From assembly GCF_964355755.1 (NCBI RefSeq), contig NC_092673.1:21883648-21947647 (forward strand): DNA of 64,000 bases, given 5' to 3'. Origin of the DNA: Antedon mediterranea. Lineage: Eukaryota; Animalia; Echinodermata. Below the pieces are notes generated by a model, which ran no database searches, had not been told where the DNA came from, and saw only the letters and a program-made list of their open reading frames with translations. Position 1 is the first letter of the stretch; each line of letters starts with the position of its first letter. This document shows positions 60,323 to 64,000 of this stretch, one piece after another. Both the position numbers and the translations under genes were made by a program.

Positions 60323-63300
60323 TCAGATTACAATCACTAAACGTCCCAGAGTGGGCTTATTACTTATGACGTCTTCATGAGCCTGGCTAGCCTCTTTCAT
60401 TGTGTACTCCTTGCCAATAACCGGCTTAATCCAACCCTGCTCCATGCCTGGCTGTATTGCTGCATTTACTTGCTGCTTTTCCTCCTATAAACAAATAATT
60501 ATTTTATGCTGGAATTATTTTTATGAGGTCATTTCGTCCCAATTTCAAGTTTCCACAACCTACTAGCCATCTGGGCTTAAAAGGAAGGTACTTTGGATAG
60601 CCCAGAGCTCTTTTTACTTGCCATTGTACGCCGAGATAGTACCAACTGTGATTTTTATAAATTCAATAGTAATACCAATGCATGGTTGGCAGGATATTCT
60701 AGGTTTTACATACCTGTTCCTCCCCCTAATACCCATTTCATAATATATAACCTCATTTCATAGCCTACCTCAGCGCCTGGTGGAAACAGTACTCCTACTA
60801 TACTCGTCTCCTTTACCATTGTCAAACGTGGATTTATCTCAATGTTTCCTCGATTGCCTACAACCTTCAAAACAATCAATGCAATGTTTTACTCAAAATT
60901 TCAATACTTAGGAACCCTAAGTGGCCCTCCAACGCTGGATGCCTTGAGCATTTTTTGTTATCCCTTTTCTACACATTTTAATGCCTGTTTTTTTCTCTGG
61001 GCTCTGCTCAGGGGCCCTAATAAACTCCCAGGCCCCTGTATTTAGCCAGTGAGCGCTCATAGCCGTTATGCCACTGTAAGACAGCTGTTTACACCATATA
61101 TGGAAAACAAATATATATACAATACCATGAAAGCCCCAGTGGTCTAATGGTTAGGACATCTGCATATCAAGCAGGCGGTCCGAGTTCGAATCTCGGTTGG
61201 GGCGACTTTTTCTCATTCTCACAGATTTCCTCATCTTTATCGTTTCAAATTATATTAAATTTCAGTATATCACCGGGTGGTTTCGAATTAATGTTCATTG
61301 CCTGCTGTGTTTATATATATATATATATATCCAATCTGCAGACAGTACTGTTTCGATCTTATTAGATCTCGTCAGTGCAGCTCGGGTTTCGAAATAAAAT
61401 GTACCGCAGAACTGGCACAATATATAGGCTGAGCCAGGTATGCGGGACATGGTACACTGATTATGAACACAAAGAGTGCACAAGCTCAATGAGCGTGCTT
61501 TGCAAAATGCTAATAGCATTCACAACAAAATTGCACCGTTTTGAACTGAAGAATGCTCTACAATATAGCAGAAAGTAGAGGAGCGTAATATCTATAGATG
61601 ACATTATGATGGAAAACATAGAGTAAAGGTAAGTTCACTTTTCATCTCATCAGTTTTCTGTAATAAAGTGGTAGGTTGTTTAGCTAACATGGACCCATAA
61701 CACCAGGGTACAGTAGACAGTGGGAAAGTCTGTAGAGTAAAGATGAAAAATGACAGATCTTGAGACAGGTATCAACTTACAGCAACAGTGCCTCCACGAG
61801 CCAGTAATTCCAAGTCTTTTTGTAGATTTACATTAGCCAACATCTCTATAATAATATCAACACCCAATCCACCTGTAGCTTCCTGTAGTTGCAAAGAAAA
61901 TACAAACAATGTGATTAACTGTTTTCCTTTATTCCATTTTTCATTTCAATTTGTTTTTCTATTTGACTGTTATAAAATACTAATAAACAACCAAAGGTTG
62001 AAATAAAGAGTTTACAATAATTCAGAATGCCTAAGATTTTTATTTGGCATCTCAGCATGAACATAAAAAACATAAATATAGAATAAATATAAAAGCAATA
62101 AAATACCATAAAAACAAATAAAAAAGGTGGGGTAAATGAAGTCAAAATGGATGTACAGGACAACTTGCTGTAGTTGCATTAGTAATTATAGTTTTGAAAA
62201 AGAAGAAATAGAAGGGTCATATAAGCTATTTAGCTTGTTAAAATATCCGACCCATTAACATCAAGCATTAGTATGCTGCTAAATGCCAGTAACAATCTAA
62301 CGATATTTATTGGGAAATATATCCTGTTTAAATAGACGGAGACACGCTTCTTCCCTGATTCATTTTGTGTTTATAACAGCTTGTATTCAAGTAGTGGAAT
62401 CGTAATTACATAGCCATAACATCGGCAAGGGTTCGAGGCTACCTCGCTCCATGGTTCTGGCGGTAAAACAATTCTTCTCGGATATAAGGACTATAAACAG
62501 AAGGTCCAGTGCACACAGCTCAAGAACCTAGTATATCTTTCGAGTTGAGTAGGGGGTTACCGCGGTGTACTAGTACATAACTGGGCGCTTTGGGTCAATT
62601 CAACCATGTACTCAAATAAGGTTCTGCACAGTATAGAAAGATGAGGTGATGTACAGTGGAGTCTCTCAATACAGACTACCCTTGGTACGATCGACTTCTG
62701 AAATTTGGTTTGCAGAATATATTTCCCAAGCCTACATAGGCCAAGTTAGGGCTACCTTTTCAGGCCCTTACAAAGTTTTATGAACTTAAGTTATGTTGAA
62801 TAAATGTGTGTAAGTAGTTAAATAAAAATATAACAATATATACCATAATTTTATCTGTGTATCCAGGTTCCTTGTGATTAAATACATTCCTTGCCCCAAT
62901 ATTGCTGACAAGTTTTAAGCCCTCTGAACTCCCTGCTGTTCCATACACGGTCATTCCGTAAGCTTTTGCTAGTTGGACACTTGCAATACCAACCTACACA
63001 TTCAAAAAGTTTAAAGTAATATTATTATTCTTTAATTTTTATTTCTATTTTATACATCAAGGCTGTAGCGAGAGGTTAAAAACAAGGCAAATCTGCTTTA
63101 AATATAATTATTATTATATAATATGATGATCTGTGCTGGGGAATTTGGTTGGGTAGTGAAAATTTCTCATCTGCCTCATGCTGACTACTGCCCTGTGCAT
63201 TCATATAATAACCATAATTTATTATTAATTTAATAAATATACAGTTAAACAATATCTGATGCAGCGTTCAAACATAACAATAGTCTATGTTTTCAAGGTT

Positions 63301-63638
63301 CGAACAAACCTTCTTTTTCCTGAAGATTTACCCTTTTAGACTACACCTACAGCAGAGTGCTAGTAAAGATTTTTGAAAAAAACTAACCAATAAGCAAATT
63401 GGAAATAAATTAAACTATGCTTTAAGGATATGAATATTCTCATTCATCCAGGTAGTATTGACCTACTCTGCCTTGACCCCGTCACTGACCAAACACCACA
63501 ATTCCATCATTTGGTCTGATGACCTTGATAGATCGTGAAATGTCGCTGTTTACTATCTTTCTAAACTACTGTATGCCTTCACTTACTGAGCCACTTGCAC
63601 CATGGACTAGCACTTTTTGCCCAGCTTTTGCTTTTGCT
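60323..63638 (-). CDS. CRYZ: Quinone oxidoreductase / zeta-crystallin (MDR family), last 5 exons; 5' part outside the window
   Basis: Exons 63638-63587, 62993-62844, 61882-61781, 60864-60769, 60484-60323. Motifs GQKVLVHGASGSVGIASVQLAKAYG, GTAGS.EG, VFNHKE, GVDIIIEMLANVNL.KDL, VVGNRGNIEINPR, GWIKPVIGKEY, AHEDVI, GRLVI-stop. Confidence 0.93.
61133..61204 (+). tRNA. tRNA-like gene, anticodon ATC (Asp), complete cloverleaf; probably repeat-associated
   Basis: GCCCCAG/TTGGGGC acceptor, GTCT/GGAC D stem, TCTGC/GCAGG anticodon stem with loop AT-ATC-AA, CCGAG/CTCGG T stem with TTCGAAT, discriminator G, TTTTT terminator at 61207-61211. Confidence 0.7.
61329..61592 (-). mobile_element. Monomer of the family 1 retrozyme/Penelope-like element
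   Basis: Near-identical to 5397-5676 apart from a short AT-rich indel; abuts a (TA)9 tract. Confidence 0.85.
61336..61380 (-). ncRNA. Type I hammerhead ribozyme, family 1 copy C (intact, sense within a CRYZ intron)
   Basis: CTGCA-CTGACGA-GATCT(aata)AGATC-GAA-ACAGTACTGT-C-TGCAG on the minus strand. Confidence 0.9.
62420..62600 (+). mobile_element. Deu/Nin-domain SINE copy
   Basis: GGGTTCGAGGC...TTCTCGGATATAAGGACTATAAAC...GGTCCAGTG...TTCGAG.TGAGTAGGGGGT, homologous to 4575-4890. Confidence 0.65.
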
Positions 63639-63922
63639 CTGTAATAAAAGAAAAACATTTAAATTCAATTACTCTGTATAGTCTGTTAGTATTTTCTGTT
63701 ATACACTCTCAAATACAATGCATAGAAGAGTATCACAACTCATTCTTGAATTGACTCAAAAACAATGCATAGAGTAGAATCTTATTCTTGAATTCACTCA
63801 AAAACAATGCATACAATTAAGACAATGAAAGGCAAAACTGAGAAAGCTGGTGGAGGAAAATGGAATACTAAAGTCTATGAAATTTTGTAAAAATATATTT
63901 TTTTTTAATTTTACAGAGGTTA

Positions 63923-64000
63923 CTACTAGCCTAGAGCCAACCTAGGCCTGCTACTAGCCTAGAGCCAACCTAGGCCTGCTACTAGCCTAGAGCCAACCTA
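63923..64000. repeat. 28-bp tandem repeat, truncated by the window end
   Basis: CTACTAGCCTAGAGCCAACCTAGGCCTG, ~2.8 perfect copies. Confidence 0.9.

Noticed and set aside
61638-61653. Minus-strand CTGATGAGATGAAA as a hammerhead core
   Set aside because: Only 3 nt between the core motifs, no helix II.

Overview
AT-rich, intron-rich animal genomic DNA, probably a marine invertebrate deuterostome and possibly an echinoderm (inferred from Deu/Nin-type SINEs and abundant TAGGCCTA). Genes reconstructed by hand from GT-AG boundaries and phase: (1) 5' end of a minus-strand gene with a mitochondrial-presequence-like N-terminus (200..1); (2) a complete 14-coding-exon SLU7 splicing factor gene (1555..13931, 583 aa); (3) a 4-exon secreted, Thr-rich, probably GPI-anchored protein (minus, 22332..20178); (4) a small intronless ORF (29305..29625); (5) an intronless TREX1-like DEDDh exonuclease split by a -1 frameshift (minus, 33445..32388); (6) a ~22-exon ARM-repeat + 3xFN3 protein (38040..58074); (7) the 3' part of a CRYZ-like quinone oxidoreductase (minus, 63638..60323). 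Introns and intergenic DNA hold many MITEs and SINEs. Two signals stand out. First, a 30 x 63-bp array in SLU7 intron 6 copies the exon-6 donor 30 times, each copy followed by a TACAG acceptor-like site, with every combination in frame. Second, two families of type I hammerhead-ribozyme tandem elements (retrozyme/Penelope-like) sit next to (TA)n tracts, and one copy lies beside a fully folding tRNA-like gene with the atypical anticodon ATC. No database searches were run; family assignments rest on recognised motifs.
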